NCBI GenBank assembly: GCA_963841415.1
Contig: CAWJCN010000001.1
Location: 1,379,334-1,443,333, forward strand
Direction: 5' to 3'
Origin: an uncultured Actinomycetes bacterium
GTDB lineage: Bacteria > Actinomycetota > Acidimicrobiia > IMCC26256 > DASPTH01
Length of the DNA stretch: 64,000 bases
The position numbers and the translations under genes are program-made. The notes under the pieces were generated by a model that was not told where the DNA came from, did no database searches, and saw nothing but the letters and a program-made list of their open reading frames with translations. Shown here in pieces: positions 1 through 10,353 of this stretch; position 1 is the stretch's first letter; every line of letters begins with the position of its first letter.

Positions 1-1
1 G

Positions 2-1165
2 ACCTGGTCGTTCACGGCCGGCGACGAGGAGCTGATCCTCCGGCGGGACCCGCCCGGACGACCGAGCGCGCCCGGGGTGATGCGCCGCGAGGCCGACGTG
101 ATGCGCGCCTGCACGCGCGCGGGTCTCCGCGCGCCCGAGGTGCTCCTCGACGACGACGGCACCCATCTCGGCACCACCGGTCTCGTGATGCGGCGGGTCG
201 CCGGCGAGACGATCGCGCGCCGCATCCTGCGCGACGTCGAGTACACGGAGGCGCGTCGCGTGCTGGTGGGCGAGCTGGCGCGCTTCCTCGCGGGGCTCCA
301 CGCGATCGACCCGGTCGAGGTGCCGGGCATCGACGCGCCCGACCCCATGGGTATCTGGGACAAGTACCAGCGACTCGACCAGCGCAGCACCACCTTCGAG
401 CGCGCCCGCGACTGGCTGCTCGCCCACCGCCCCTCGCACACGGCCGACGCGCTCGTGCACGGTGACCTGCGCATGGGCAACGTGATCGTCGGTCCTGACG
501 GGCTGGCCGCGGTGATCGACTGGGAGCTCATCCACCGCGGCGACCCGCACGAGGATCTCGCGTGGCTGTGCCTGAAGGCGTGGCGGTTCGGCGAGCCACT
601 CGAGGTCGGCGGTCTCGGCACGATCGACGAGCTCGTCGCCGCCTACGAACAGGGCGGCGGCCGGCGCGTCGACCGCGACACGCTGCGCTGGTGGCTGGTC
701 GCCAAGACGCTCACGTGGGGCGTCGGCTGCATGCTCCAAGCCGAGATGCACCTGTCGGGACGGGTCCGTTCCATCGACCTCGCCGCGGTCGGGCGCCGGA
801 CCGCGGAGCAGGAGTGGGACCTGATCGAGCTGCTCGCACCGGACGCGTGCGCGGCCGCACTTGCCGCCCCGCCGGCCCCGCACCGGCCCGACGACGCGCC
901 ATCGGGACGACCCACCGCGCGCGAGCTGCTCGGCGCCGTGCGCGAGCTCCTGACCGAACAGGTCGCGACGAACGACGACCGCGGGCTCGCCTACCAGGGA
1001 CGCGTCGCGGCCAACGTGCTGGCGATGATCGAGCGAGAGCTCGCCCAGGAGCACGTCGAGCGCAAAGGCGACGACTGGCCGACCCTCGCGCTCGTCGTGC
1101 GCGACCGCCTCACCATCGCCAACCCGAGGCACCTCACGCTGCCACCGACGATCATCGCCAGCTGA
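2..1165 (+). CDS. phosphotransferase (APH/choline-kinase-like fold) family protein, 5' end cut by window edge
   Basis: Listed ORF 77..1165 stays open in frame back to base 2 (TWSFTAGDEELILRRDPPGRPS). Catalytic loop HGDLRMGNVIV and VIDWELIHRGDPHEDLAW are present. Confidence 0.8.
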   Translation, partial: TWSFTAGDEELILRRDPPGRPSAPGVMRREADVMRACTRAGLRAPEVLLDDDGTHLGTTGLVMRRVAGETIARRILRDVEYTEARRVLVGELARFLAGLHAIDPVEVPGIDAPDPMGIWDKYQRLDQRSTTFERARDWLLAHRPSHTADALVHGDLRMGNVIVGPDGLAAVIDWELIHRGDPHEDLAWLCLKAWRFGEPLEVGGLGTIDELVAAYEQGGGRRVDRDTLRWWLVAKTLTWGVGCMLQAEMHLSGRVRSIDLAAVGRRTAEQEWDLIELLAPDACAAALAAPPAPHRPDDAPSGRPTARELLGAVRELLTEQVATNDDRGLAYQGRVAANVLAMIERELAQEHVERKGDDWPTLALVVRDRLTIANPRHLTLPPTIIAS

Positions 1166-1185
1166 CCGCTCCGCTGGTCAGCTGG

Positions 1186-1851
1186 TCAGCTCGGACTACG
1201 TGCGGGGCACGCCGGCGACGTGGTCCCCGGCCACACGATGTCGCACACGGTGCGCGCCGCGACCTTCCAACGACCGTCGGCGATCACCGCGTAGCCGACG
1301 CGGTCCTTCACGATGGTGCCGTGGTCCGGGATGGTGATCGAGAAGTGGACGACTGCGTGGGTGGCGTCGATGAACGACGGCTCGCTGACGGTGACGACGT
1401 TGCGCGCGAGCTGGTCCTGCGTGTACCCGAACCGCTTCGCGATGTCGGCCGAACGACGGAGCAGCGGCTGGAGCTCCGGCCCCAGCTGGATGGCGTCGAT
1501 CTTCGCCTCGTCGCTGGCCGGTCCGAACACGGCGCGGAAGGCAGTCGAGATCTGGGCGCCGGCGCGCGCGAGGTCGGCCGGCTCGTACACGTCGGCTTCG
1601 CTCGACGCCCGGGGCACCACCACCGCCGTCGTCGTCGTGCCGTCGTCCGCGACCGACGATCCCACGAAGAAGCCGAGAGCACCGATGGCGACGACCACGA
1701 CGCTCATGCCGACGACCAGGCGACGACGCTGGTTGGTCTGGAGCTGCTCGCTCCGCGTGAACAGGTCGTCGAGGTCGCCGCGGGGCTGCGCGCGCGCCAC
1801 CCGGGCCTCGATGCTCCGTCCGAGCTGCGTGCCGAATTCTTCGTCGTTCAT
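1186..1851 (-). CDS. single-pass membrane protein, putative anti-sigma partner of the upstream ECF sigma
   Basis: ATG overlaps the sigma stop (ATGA at 1848-1851). One TM helix LVVGMSVVVVAIGALGFFVG follows a ~45-aa N-terminus. No catalytic motif seen. Confidence 0.6.
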   Translation of the reverse strand: MNDEEFGTQLGRSIEARVARAQPRGDLDDLFTRSEQLQTNQRRRLVVGMSVVVVAIGALGFFVGSSVADDGTTTTAVVVPRASSEADVYEPADLARAGAQISTAFRAVFGPASDEAKIDAIQLGPELQPLLRRSADIAKRFGYTQDQLARNVVTVSEPSFIDATHAVVHFSITIPDHGTIVKDRVGYAVIADGRWKVAARTVCDIVWPGTTSPACPARSPS

Positions 1852-2348
1852 GGTTCGATCACCCGCCGTAGTTGTGTCAGCCCTCGGTGCACGAGCGATG
1901 CCACGGTGCCTTCACGGCAGCGCAGCAACTTCGCGATCTCGGACTGCGGGAGCCCTTCGTAGAACTGGAGCACGAGCGCCGCACGTTGCCGGTACGGCAA
2001 CGCGGCGAGCGCGTCGAACATCTCATCGGCTTCGAGCCGTGCCTCTTCGACCACGAACAACGCGTCGGCCGAGCGTTCGCGCTTCGCGCGTCGCGAGGCG
2101 GAGCGGCACGCGTTGACCACCGCCTGGCGGAGGTAGGAACGCGGATGGTCGATGTGATGCCAGTGCGCGTGCGTTTTGATGAAGACGTCGTGCACGAGGT
2201 CCTGCGCGAGCGTCTCGGAACCGGTGAGCGCCCAGGCGAGCCGCACCATCGGCAGCTGCAGCTCCCGATACAGGTCGACGAAGTCGGGCTCGAACTCGAC
2301 CGCACCCGCAGCAGGCGGTGACGGCTCCCCCCGACTCGGTTCCGCCAT
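1848..2348 (-). CDS. ECF-type RNA polymerase sigma-70 family factor
   Basis: Region 2 (DLVHDVFIKTHAHWHHIDHPRSYLRQAVVNA) and region 4 HTH (LPYRQRAALVLQFYEGLPQSEIAKLLRCREGTVASLVHRGLTQLR). Start placed at MAEPSRG (cat 2346-2348), because the upstream part of the listed ORF is Arg-rich junk. Confidence 0.85.
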   Translation of the reverse strand: MAEPSRGEPSPPAAGAVEFEPDFVDLYRELQLPMVRLAWALTGSETLAQDLVHDVFIKTHAHWHHIDHPRSYLRQAVVNACRSASRRAKRERSADALFVVEEARLEADEMFDALAALPYRQRAALVLQFYEGLPQSEIAKLLRCREGTVASLVHRGLTQLRRVIEP

Positions 2349-2530
2349 CCGCGCTCCCGGGCCATCGGGGAGGCGCGAGTGTGTCACAGGGCGTCTCCGC
2401 CGGCCGGGCCGCGGCACATCTGCCGGCGCCATCAGTGCGTCCGGAACGCGTCGGCGGCGGGCGGCGAGAAATCCGGCATCTCTTCTGAGACGCCGCCGAG
2501 GCCCACTTCCTTGCAATTTCCGCCAGCACG

Positions 2531-4432
2531 ATGGTCCCAGCCGCCGGGCGTGGGCACCGGAGTGCAAGGAGACGGCTTCGTGGGACGTCTAGCCCACGTG
2601 CACGACTTCCATCATGCCTCGTCCAGCCACCGGGCGCGAGGCCTCGGTGGACGCGGCGGTCAGTGCCCACCAACGCGGCCGTCCGGGTGACGGTCCACCA
2701 GACGCGCCAGCCGGCCGTCGGCGTCGGACTCGCCGTCGTCGCGCTGGTGCCGATCTTCGTCCTGGCGGGGCGGGCGTTCCTGCAGGACTGGTTGCCCGTC
2801 GGCGACGTCGCCACCATCGCGCTGCGCGTCTCGCAGGTCGGCACGCGGCACACACCGCTCGTCGGACCGTACTCGCACTTCGGTTGGTCGCACCCGGGTC
2901 CGTTGCTGTACGAGATCCTCGCCCCGGCGTATCGGCTCGCCGGTCTGCGCAGCAACGGGCTGCTGCTCGGCGCGCTGCTGATCAACGGCGGCGCGATCGT
3001 GATCATCGTCGCCCGTCTGTACCGGATGTTCGGCCCCGTCGTCGCGCTCGCCGGCATCGCCTGCTTCGGCACCGTGAGCTGGTCGCTGGGGATGGCATGG
3101 TCGTGGTACCCGTGGAACCCGAACATCGCGGTACTCCCGTTCGCGGCACTGCTGGTGGTGGCCGCGACCACCGCGCGCAACTCGTGGTGGGATCTCCCCC
3201 TGCTCGCAGCGATCGGGAGCTTCGTCGCGCAGACCCACGTCGCGTACCTCCCGCTGGTGGTCGCGCTCGTGCCGGTCGCGCTGATCGGCCGCTCCCGCCG
3301 CGTTGCTCCGCCGTACGCGAATCGGAGAAGAACCTGCGAAACGCCATCGCGCGGGACGATCGGGCTTCTCACCGGCGTCGTGGTGGCGGTCGCATGGGTG
3401 CCGACGCTCCTCGACGCGCTCCTGCACGACGGAGGCAACCTGCGGAAGCTCCTCGACTTCTGGCTCTCGGGGCACGACACGATGGGCATGTCCGCCGCCA
3501 TCCGGATCATGAGCCTGGAGCTCTCCGTCCGCGCCCCCTGGCTCGGCTTCCACGAGCCGAGGTTCATCGGTGCGGTCGCACCACGAGGCACGCCCATCCC
3601 GGTTGCGTTGCTCGCGGTGGTGTTGGCGGGGGTGGTGGCGTGGCGCGCCAAGGATCGGCTCGCCGTGCACTGCTGCCTGGTCGTCCTCGCGGCCACCGTG
3701 GTGGCCACGTTCTCGATCGCGAGGATCGTCGGGCTCGCATATCCGTATCTGCTGTTCGCCACCCGCGTGATCGGAGCCGCGAGCTGGCTCGCGGTCGTCG
3801 TCGTCGTCGTGCGAATCCTCGAACGACAGCGCCGAACACTGCCGCGGCGAGCGATGTGGGTCCTGGCGATCGTGGCGATGCTGCTGGTGACGACGGTCAT
3901 GGCGAGCGGCGCGCTCCACGCCGGGATCGGCCCCGCCGAGGGGCAGCGGGGGTCGACGCACCTGGCGCGGGTCGTCGACGGCGCGGTGCGCAGCCTGTCG
4001 CCCGGCGAGACCGTGCGCGTCCACGCCTCGCCGACGTTTGCGGGCGAGACCTTCAAGGCCGGCCTGATGGCGGGTCTCGTGGAGAAAGGACACGCGGTGT
4101 CGACCGACACCTCCGAACGACTGCACTTCGGATCCGCGATCGCGAACGGCGCGCGGGGCTCGGTGGAGCTCTACCTCACGGCTGGCGCGCACGACTACGA
4201 CATGCACGCCGCGTCGTACCGCCTGGTGGCGGAATCAGGTCGACCGGTGTCCTTTCCCGCGGCGGCACCGCCACCGCGTCCGGGCGAGGACCCCCACGTC
4301 TACCTGCGGCGAGTCGAGCCCCAGGTCGATCGGCGAACGTACCGCCGCCTCGTGGAGTACATGGTCAGCCCGTCCCCGATCGCGGTCTTCGCAATGCCCC
4401 GCGACACGCGTCAGGCGGGCGAGGCGTCCTGA
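2531..4432 (+). CDS. polytopic integral membrane protein, possibly a GT-C-like glycosyltransferase; function unknown
   Basis: At least 10 hydrophobic segments. A conserved-looking first loop reads DWLPVGDVATIALR...GPYSHFGWSHPGPLLYE. Start is uncertain; the in-frame GTG at 2687 is a likely alternative. Confidence 0.6.
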   Translation: MVPAAGRGHRSARRRLRGTSSPRARLPSCLVQPPGARPRWTRRSVPTNAAVRVTVHQTRQPAVGVGLAVVALVPIFVLAGRAFLQDWLPVGDVATIALRVSQVGTRHTPLVGPYSHFGWSHPGPLLYEILAPAYRLAGLRSNGLLLGALLINGGAIVIIVARLYRMFGPVVALAGIACFGTVSWSLGMAWSWYPWNPNIAVLPFAALLVVAATTARNSWWDLPLLAAIGSFVAQTHVAYLPLVVALVPVALIGRSRRVAPPYANRRRTCETPSRGTIGLLTGVVVAVAWVPTLLDALLHDGGNLRKLLDFWLSGHDTMGMSAAIRIMSLELSVRAPWLGFHEPRFIGAVAPRGTPIPVALLAVVLAGVVAWRAKDRLAVHCCLVVLAATVVATFSIARIVGLAYPYLLFATRVIGAASWLAVVVVVVRILERQRRTLPRRAMWVLAIVAMLLVTTVMASGALHAGIGPAEGQRGSTHLARVVDGAVRSLSPGETVRVHASPTFAGETFKAGLMAGLVEKGHAVSTDTSERLHFGSAIANGARGSVELYLTAGAHDYDMHAASYRLVAESGRPVSFPAAAPPPRPGEDPHVYLRRVEPQVDRRTYRRLVEYMVSPSPIAVFAMPRDTRQAGEAS

Positions 4433-4815
4433 CGGTTGCGCCACGTGCTGGGCAGCTGGAAGAAGCACTTGCCGCGGGCCATCAGCAGGTCGTCGGAGTC
4501 GTAGACGTGCACGTCGACGAGCGCGGTGGCCTTGCCGGCGCGCACCACCTCACCGCGCGCGGTGTAGGTGCGACCGAGGGGCATCGCGTTGAGGTAGTCG
4601 ACCTGAAGGTTCACGGTGGGGGCCCCGGTGCCGATGATCGACAGCAGGGCCATGCCGGCGACGTCGTCGACCAGCACGGCGAGGTAACCGCCGTGGACGT
4701 TCCCGACCGGGTTTCCCCACTCTGGCGGCGGTGTCCACTGGGCCTCGCTGCGGCCGTCCTCCATGAGGACAGACGTCATGTGCGCAGGTCGGTAGGTGTG
4801 CTGCGGTTCGGTCAC
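4411..4815 (-). CDS. PaaI/hotdog-fold thioesterase family protein
   Basis: [18 protein letters not shown] motif and a ~134-aa size typical of PaaI-type thioesterases. Confidence 0.8.
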   Translation of the reverse strand: MTEPQHTYRPAHMTSVLMEDGRSEAQWTPPPEWGNPVGNVHGGYLAVLVDDVAGMALLSIIGTGAPTVNLQVDYLNAMPLGRTYTARGEVVRAGKATALVDVHVYDSDDLLMARGKCFFQLPSTWRNRQDASPA

Positions 4816-4994
4816 GGCCGCACCCTAAGTGGCTCCGCGTCCCCCCGCGGCAATCCCACCATGGTCGCGAGCAACACGTCCCCACGGCGGCCGGTGCGGG
4901 CCGGCACCTCTCCGACGACCTGCTCGCTCTCGCCGTAGACGTCGGCCGTGTCGATCAGCGTGAGACCGGCGTCGAGCGCGCGCCCGAGCATCAC
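4812..4994 (-). pseudogene. aldo/keto reductase internal fragment (remnant)
   Basis: The 60-aa [27 protein letters not shown]...[12 protein letters not shown] matches only the residue ~35-90 region of AKRs. It is squeezed between an amidohydrolase stop (5006) and the thioesterase start. Confidence 0.45.
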
Positions 4995-5005
4995 CGCCGC
5001 CCGGG

Positions 5006-6253
5006 CTACGCCGCGGCGTACTTGCCGACCTTGAGTGCCCGCGCCAGCGTCCCACCCATGATGAGCTCCTGGTCTTCCTGCGCCATGTCCTCGACGACCT
5101 CGCTGTAGGCGAGCGGGTCACCGAGCCCTTCGGGGTGCGGGAAGTCGGAGCCGAACATCAGGCGGTCGGCGGGCATGCCGATGTCGAGCAGCCCCTGCGG
5201 GTCGGGCTCGTGGAAGATGTGGCAGTAGATGTTGCGCTTGAACACCTCGAACGGGTCCTCGTCGAAGAGCACCGGCGACCGGTCGTAGGCTCGCTGGATG
5301 CGCTGCACGAACGGCCGGATCCACGTGGCCCAGTACTCGACCGGCATGAACTTCAGCTTCGGGAAGCGCGTGGCGAGCCCGTGGCCGATGATCGAGGCCA
5401 TGCCGTCGTGCACGACGTTCTTGTCGGACATCATCGCCTGGAACGCGGGCGAGCCCTGCGCCTTGAACGGGAGCATCTCGCCCGGGAAGCCCTCCCACTC
5501 GTTCACGTAGCGCTGGTAGCCGGGGTCGCCGGAGTGCATGCCGACGACGATGTCGAGGCGCTCCACCTCGGCCCAGAACGGGTCGAACTCCTTCAGCGCG
5601 AACGACTTGCGGCCCTGCCAGGTGGGCACCGGCGCGACGCGGATCAGGAAGATCTTGGCGCCCCGCTCGTGGATGTACGCGAGCTCCTCGAGCGCGGGTC
5701 CGGGCCCCTCGGCGAGAGTGATGATCGGTGTCGCGTAGATGGCGTCGCCGTACACGTACGACCAGTGCTCGTGCATCCACTCGTTGAGCGCGTGGATGAC
5801 CGTCACCGCGAAGTGCGGGTCGTCGGCCACCCGCTCCTCGATCACGCTCGCCAACGTCGGCCACAGCAGCGTGCGGTCGATGCCCATGTCCTTCATGAGC
5901 GCGAACCGGGGCTCGGGATCGAAGAACGCGTCGATGCCCGGCATCGCCTTCGGCTTCACGCCGTCGCGCTGGCTCTTGCCGCTCTCACCCTTGTTCGACG
6001 CGGTGTTGCCCCAGCCGCCGGGCACCGCGACCCGGGCGAAGGTGGGGTTCGGGATGTAGTGGCTGATGTGGTCGCGGATCGCGAGCTTGGTGCGGCCGTC
6101 GACCTCGATGTACTTGACCGCATCCTTGTAGTCCTTGGGCAGGAACTTGGTGAGCGCGTCCTGGTTCTCGTAGAGGTGGTTGTCGGAGTCGAACGTCTCG
6201 TACGGCAGCCGGCGCTCGCGGACGTAGATCAGGTCTTGGTCGGTGTCGGCCAT
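5006..6253 (-). CDS. amidohydrolase-2 (ACMSD-like metal-dependent hydrolase/decarboxylase) family protein
   Basis: Start at [11 protein letters not shown] (cat 6251-6253). FDSDNHLYE metal-ligand-like N-terminus and a C-terminal [10 protein letters not shown] motif. The upstream 141 aa of the listed ORF is Arg-rich junk. Confidence 0.85.
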   Translation of the reverse strand: MADTDQDLIYVRERRLPYETFDSDNHLYENQDALTKFLPKDYKDAVKYIEVDGRTKLAIRDHISHYIPNPTFARVAVPGGWGNTASNKGESGKSQRDGVKPKAMPGIDAFFDPEPRFALMKDMGIDRTLLWPTLASVIEERVADDPHFAVTVIHALNEWMHEHWSYVYGDAIYATPIITLAEGPGPALEELAYIHERGAKIFLIRVAPVPTWQGRKSFALKEFDPFWAEVERLDIVVGMHSGDPGYQRYVNEWEGFPGEMLPFKAQGSPAFQAMMSDKNVVHDGMASIIGHGLATRFPKLKFMPVEYWATWIRPFVQRIQRAYDRSPVLFDEDPFEVFKRNIYCHIFHEPDPQGLLDIGMPADRLMFGSDFPHPEGLGDPLAYSEVVEDMAQEDQELIMGGTLARALKVGKYAAA

Positions 6254-6348
6254 GGTTGCGGATCTCCTCGTCGAACCCTCGCGTGAACTCGTCCAGATTC
6301 GCAGAGATTGCGACTCCGTCACAATTTCGCCAGGCTCGACGGCCGACG

Positions 6349-7413
6349 TCACGCGTCCCTGAGCGCGGCGAGACGTTCGGGGCGTGGGAGCACGGCGCCG
6401 TCGTCGGGGGGATCGTCGATGCCGAGCTCGACCAACGCAGGCGTGGTGAACATCGAGACGCCGTAGCCCATGAGGCCCAAGCGCACGTCGTCGGTGTGAC
6501 CGGCGTCGAACAGCATCGACCCGAGCAAGAGGATGACGCCGAGCTTGTAGCCCTGCAACGCACGGTGCCACTCCAGGTCGCGCACGGCGTTCCCGGTGAG
6601 CGCGGTGTAACGCGTCGCGAGCTCGTCGACGGTCAACGACGCCGGCAGGTTGGTGAACATGTTGGGGAGCTGCCACGTGACCTGCGCGTAACCGACGTCG
6701 GCCATCGGATCGCCGAGCGACGCGAGCTCCCAGTCGAACGACGCGGTCAGCTCGTCGCCGACGAACGCGAAGTTCCCGGGCTTGGCGTCGCCGTGCACCA
6801 GCGTGACGCGCGGGTCGGCCCGCGGACGCTCGGCCTCGAGGCGCGCCAGGAGCAGTTCGAGCGCGGGCAACGGTCCGCGTTGCACGCGCCGCATCTCGTC
6901 GCTCCAGAAGCCGAGCTCACGGTCGACGAAGTCACGGCCCTCCCCGAGGAAGTCGAGCGTGCCCACGTCGACCCGGTGGATCGCAGCCAGCTCGTCGACC
7001 AACGCTTCGGACATCCGCCGGACGCGGGGCGGGTCGTCGGTGAGCTCGGCCGGGATCGCGCGCTCGTACACCGTCCCCCGCGCGCACTCCATGACGAAGA
7101 ACTCGCGCCCGAGCACCTCGCCGGTCGGCTCGTACCAGAGCACCGCCGGTGAGCGCACCGGCGTCGACTCGAGCGAGCGCAAGAGGTCGAACTGCTTGCG
7201 CAGGTCGTAGGGCTCGAGGAGGCCCGGCGGTTGCGGACGGACGCGCAGCACGACCTCCCGGTGCTGTCGGGTGCCGTCGGTCCACGAGAGCGAGAGGCGG
7301 ATGGTCTCGGCCGAGTGGCCGGTCGGCACGCCCTCGAAGTCGTCGATCGTGACCCGGGCGACACCGAGCTGCTCGGCGAACCACGAGGCGAGCACGGCCT
7401 GCTGGTCGGACAC
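6349..7413 (-). CDS. phosphotransferase (APH-like) family protein
   Basis: VTLVHGDAKPGNFAF and FDWELASLGDPMADVGY motifs. It is a paralogue type of the gene at 2..1165. Confidence 0.85.
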   Translation of the reverse strand: MSDQQAVLASWFAEQLGVARVTIDDFEGVPTGHSAETIRLSLSWTDGTRQHREVVLRVRPQPPGLLEPYDLRKQFDLLRSLESTPVRSPAVLWYEPTGEVLGREFFVMECARGTVYERAIPAELTDDPPRVRRMSEALVDELAAIHRVDVGTLDFLGEGRDFVDRELGFWSDEMRRVQRGPLPALELLLARLEAERPRADPRVTLVHGDAKPGNFAFVGDELTASFDWELASLGDPMADVGYAQVTWQLPNMFTNLPASLTVDELATRYTALTGNAVRDLEWHRALQGYKLGVILLLGSMLFDAGHTDDVRLGLMGYGVSMFTTPALVELGIDDPPDDGAVLPRPERLAALRDA

Positions 7414-7455
7414 GTCGGCACGCTAACTCGAACGCGCCACGTATCGTCTCGTGAC

Positions 7456-8232
7456 ATGCGCCGCTTCGTCGACAAGGTCGTCGTCATCACGGGAGGCGGC
7501 GCCGGCATCGGTCGCACCTACGCGCACCGCTTCGCGGCCGAAGGCGCGTCGATCGTCGTGGCCGACCTCGACGGGGTGGCCGCCACGCGCGTGGCCGACG
7601 AAGTCGCGGACCTCGGCACCCGTGGGCTCGCCCACGTGATGGACGTGACCGACGCCGACGGCGCGACGGCGATGGTCGAGCGCGCGATCGCCGATCTGGG
7701 TGGGATCGACGTGCTGGTCAACAACGCCGGCGTGCACCTCGACCACGCACAGCTGCCGTTCACGCTGGACGCGGTTCCGGAGTGGCGCCACGTGCTCGAC
7801 GTCAACGTGATCGGCGCGCTGATCTGCGCCGCCGCGTGTCGTCCGGCGATGGCCGCGCGCGGAGGCGGCGCGATCGTGAACATGTCGTCGATGGCCGCGT
7901 ACGGCGGCACCGGGGCCTACGGCGTGTCGAAGCTGGCGCTCAACTCGCTCACGGTGAGCATGGCCAACGACTTCGCCGCCGACGGCATCCGCGTGAACGG
8001 CATCGCCCCTGGCCTCGTCGACTCCGAGGCGGCGGTGGACTGGTGGAACGATGCCGCGCGCGCCGGCATGGAGGGGATCGACCAGCTGCTCATCGGTCAG
8101 CAGATGATCAAGCGGCAGGGCACCATGCAGGACCTCGCCGAGATGTGCCTGTTCCTCTGCTCCGACGGCGCCAGCTTCGTGACCGCGCAGACGATCCTGG
8201 TCGACGGCGGGTCGACCAAGAAGCCCTACTGA
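7456..8232 (+). CDS. SDR family oxidoreductase
   Basis: VVVITGGGAGIGR cofactor motif, NNAG, and the catalytic YGVSKLAL (YxxxK). Confidence 0.9.
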   Translation: MRRFVDKVVVITGGGAGIGRTYAHRFAAEGASIVVADLDGVAATRVADEVADLGTRGLAHVMDVTDADGATAMVERAIADLGGIDVLVNNAGVHLDHAQLPFTLDAVPEWRHVLDVNVIGALICAAACRPAMAARGGGAIVNMSSMAAYGGTGAYGVSKLALNSLTVSMANDFAADGIRVNGIAPGLVDSEAAVDWWNDAARAGMEGIDQLLIGQQMIKRQGTMQDLAEMCLFLCSDGASFVTAQTILVDGGSTKKPY

Positions 8233-8831
8233 CGACCCTTGTCCGCCCGTACCGGCGCGAGCAACGCGGCCAGCTCGCTGGGTCGGGTCACGCCGGGCAC
8301 GGTGCCCTCGAACCAGGTCGGCTGCGGTGGCGCGTCGAGCCGGGCCCACTCGGGGGTGCTCGGCCAGTGCCGCCGGGTCATGCGGTCGGTGTCATCGACG
8401 ACCCCCATCTTTCGGCACGCCTCGGAGTAGGCCGCCGCGGTGCGGCGCGCACCGGACAGGTCCCAGAAGTCCTCTTCGCCGAGCCACTTGCCGTCACCCG
8501 CGTACCAGGCGACGGAGAGGCCCGCGAAGTCGAAGTAGGGCGGACCTGACGGATCCGGGTTGTCGCGACGGTTCTGCATGTGGAACACGACCTTCTCGTC
8601 TTCGATCGTGTACCAGTCGAGCACCGTGTAGATCTCGGGCACGCCGCCCATCGAGGCGGCGATCCAGATCCTCACCTCGTCCTTGCCGTCGAGGCGTCCC
8701 CACCAGTGATCGACGTACACCACGTCTTCGACGAAGAGGTCGACCCACGCCTCCCAGTCCTCGCGCACCGGTCCGGTCGCGAAGTACGTCGCGAACGCGC
8801 GGTCGACCTCGTCACGGGTGAACTCGGGCAT
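8226..8831 (-). CDS. NTF2-like (SnoaL-type) family protein
   Basis: Start MPEFTRDEVDRAF (cat 8829-8831). The size and pattern (WEAWVDLFVEDVVYVDHWWG) fit the NTF2-like fold. Function unknown. Confidence 0.65.
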   Translation of the reverse strand: MPEFTRDEVDRAFATYFATGPVREDWEAWVDLFVEDVVYVDHWWGRLDGKDEVRIWIAASMGGVPEIYTVLDWYTIEDEKVVFHMQNRRDNPDPSGPPYFDFAGLSVAWYAGDGKWLGEEDFWDLSGARRTAAAYSEACRKMGVVDDTDRMTRRHWPSTPEWARLDAPPQPTWFEGTVPGVTRPSELAALLAPVRADKGRQ

Positions 8832-8958
8832 CGTCGTCTCCCTGGTCGCGGAGCCTGCACACTGCCATGGTTCGCGGCCTGCCATGCATCTCCACGGCGA
8901 ACGTGCAAGAGTGTCGCCGGCCGTCGCTCGGGGGGAGCGACACCGATGGGGGGAAACG

Positions 8959-10302
8959 ATGATCAAGGTTCGGACCGCGGCAGTGGCCGGTCTGGTGCTC
9001 GTCGCGCTGGCGGTGCCGGCGATCGGCACCGCGTCGGCGCAGTCCAGCAACGAAAAGCCCAAGGCGACCGAGGTCGGTGTCACGGCCAGCGAGATCCACA
9101 TCGCCGCCATCGCTGACGTCGACAACCCGTTCGCGCCGGGTCTGTTCCAGGGCGCGGTCGACGGCGTGAAGGCCGGCGCCGCCTACCTGAACAGCAAGGG
9201 CGGACTGGCCGGCCGCAAGGTCAAGGTCGACTTCTACGACTCCAAGCTCAACGGCAACGAGTCGCGCAACGCGACGATCTCGGGTTGCGAGAACGACTAC
9301 GCCCTGGTGGGCACCTCGGCGCTCTTCCTCACCGAGGTCTCCGACATCGTCAACTGCAAGGACCAGGCCGGCCAGGCCACCGGCATCCCCGACCTGTCGG
9401 CGGTCACCACCGGTGTCCCCGAGTCGTGCTCGACGATGTCGTTCCCGGCGTACGGCACCGCGCTCGACTGCCCGACCGTCAACCAGAACCCGCAGACCTT
9501 CTACGGCAACCAGGGCCCGGCGAAGTGGGAGCTGTCCAAGAACAAGGGCGGGCTCCACGGCGTGACGATCGTGGGGAACGACACCAAGGACGCCGCGCGC
9601 GGCGGCACGATCCTCGGCCTGACTGCACAGCAGGCAGGGATCAAGGCCGATCAGGGCGACCCCGTGGTGGCCGTGTCGGGTCGTGACCCGCAGAGCGTGT
9701 TCACGCCGATCGTGCAGAAGATGAAGCAAGACAACTCGAACTGGTCGTTGAACGTCGGCTCGGTGAACCAGGGGCTCTTGCTGCGCAACGAGGCCCAGCT
9801 CCAGGGCATCGACGCATCGAAGGTCCTCTGGGAGTGCGCGTCGTGCTACGGCAACACGGTCGTGAACGACAACTCGCAGCAGTTCGAAGGCGAGGTCCAG
9901 TTCCTGGGCTTCCTGCCCTTCGAGGAGGCATCGGTCAACCCGACGGTGAAGAGCTTCCTCAAGTACATGAAGCAGGTCGGCGGGACGCCCGACCAGTTCT
10001 CGGCGTACTCGTACGCCGCCACGCTGGCGTTCGCCGACGCGGTCAACGCGATCGTGAAGAAGGATGGCGTCAACGGCCTCACCCGCACGAACCTCATCAA
10101 CGCCATCAAGGGGCTGACCGACTTCGACGCCGGCGGCATGCTCGGCAAGCGGTCGTTCAAGGACGGCAAGACCACGTCGTGCTTCCTGATGGTCAAGTGG
10201 ACGAACGGCAAGTGGGTCCGCCAGTACCCGTCGAAGAAGGGCACGTTCGACTGCAAGTCGTCGAACGCGGTGGACATCAAGGCGAACCTGATCACGCAGT
10301 AG
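8959..10302 (+). CDS. ABC-type substrate-binding protein (type I PBP, Leu/Ile/Val-binding-like), no cognate permease or ATPase adjacent
   Basis: Signal peptide MIKVRTAAVAGLVLVALAVPAIGTASAQ. RBS GGGGGA lies upstream of ATG 8959. Roughly half its residues match the SBP at 54306..55634 by eye. Confidence 0.85.
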   Translation: MIKVRTAAVAGLVLVALAVPAIGTASAQSSNEKPKATEVGVTASEIHIAAIADVDNPFAPGLFQGAVDGVKAGAAYLNSKGGLAGRKVKVDFYDSKLNGNESRNATISGCENDYALVGTSALFLTEVSDIVNCKDQAGQATGIPDLSAVTTGVPESCSTMSFPAYGTALDCPTVNQNPQTFYGNQGPAKWELSKNKGGLHGVTIVGNDTKDAARGGTILGLTAQQAGIKADQGDPVVAVSGRDPQSVFTPIVQKMKQDNSNWSLNVGSVNQGLLLRNEAQLQGIDASKVLWECASCYGNTVVNDNSQQFEGEVQFLGFLPFEEASVNPTVKSFLKYMKQVGGTPDQFSAYSYAATLAFADAVNAIVKKDGVNGLTRTNLINAIKGLTDFDAGGMLGKRSFKDGKTTSCFLMVKWTNGKWVRQYPSKKGTFDCKSSNAVDIKANLITQ

Positions 10303-10306
10303 CGAC

Positions 10307-10342
10307 GCGGGTCAGCGGGGGTTTCGGCTCCCGCTGACCCGC
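10307..10342. terminator. bidirectional stem-loop between convergent genes
   Basis: Perfect 13-bp inverted repeat GCGGGTCAGCGGG (10307-10319) / CCCGCTGACCCGC (10330-10342) around a 10-nt loop. Confidence 0.6.
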
Positions 10343-10353
10343 TCGTGCAATGG

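Noticed and set aside
2023-4110. A 695-aa ORF antisense to the membrane-protein gene. Similar very long antisense or offset ORFs occur elsewhere (11688..14105, 34569..37292, 41478..43730, 12557..14479, 45850..45995 region).
   Set aside because: They are Arg/Pro/Ala/Gly-rich with no recognisable motifs. Each lies opposite or offset to a gene with clear family signatures. Long stop-free shadow frames are expected in DNA this GC-rich.
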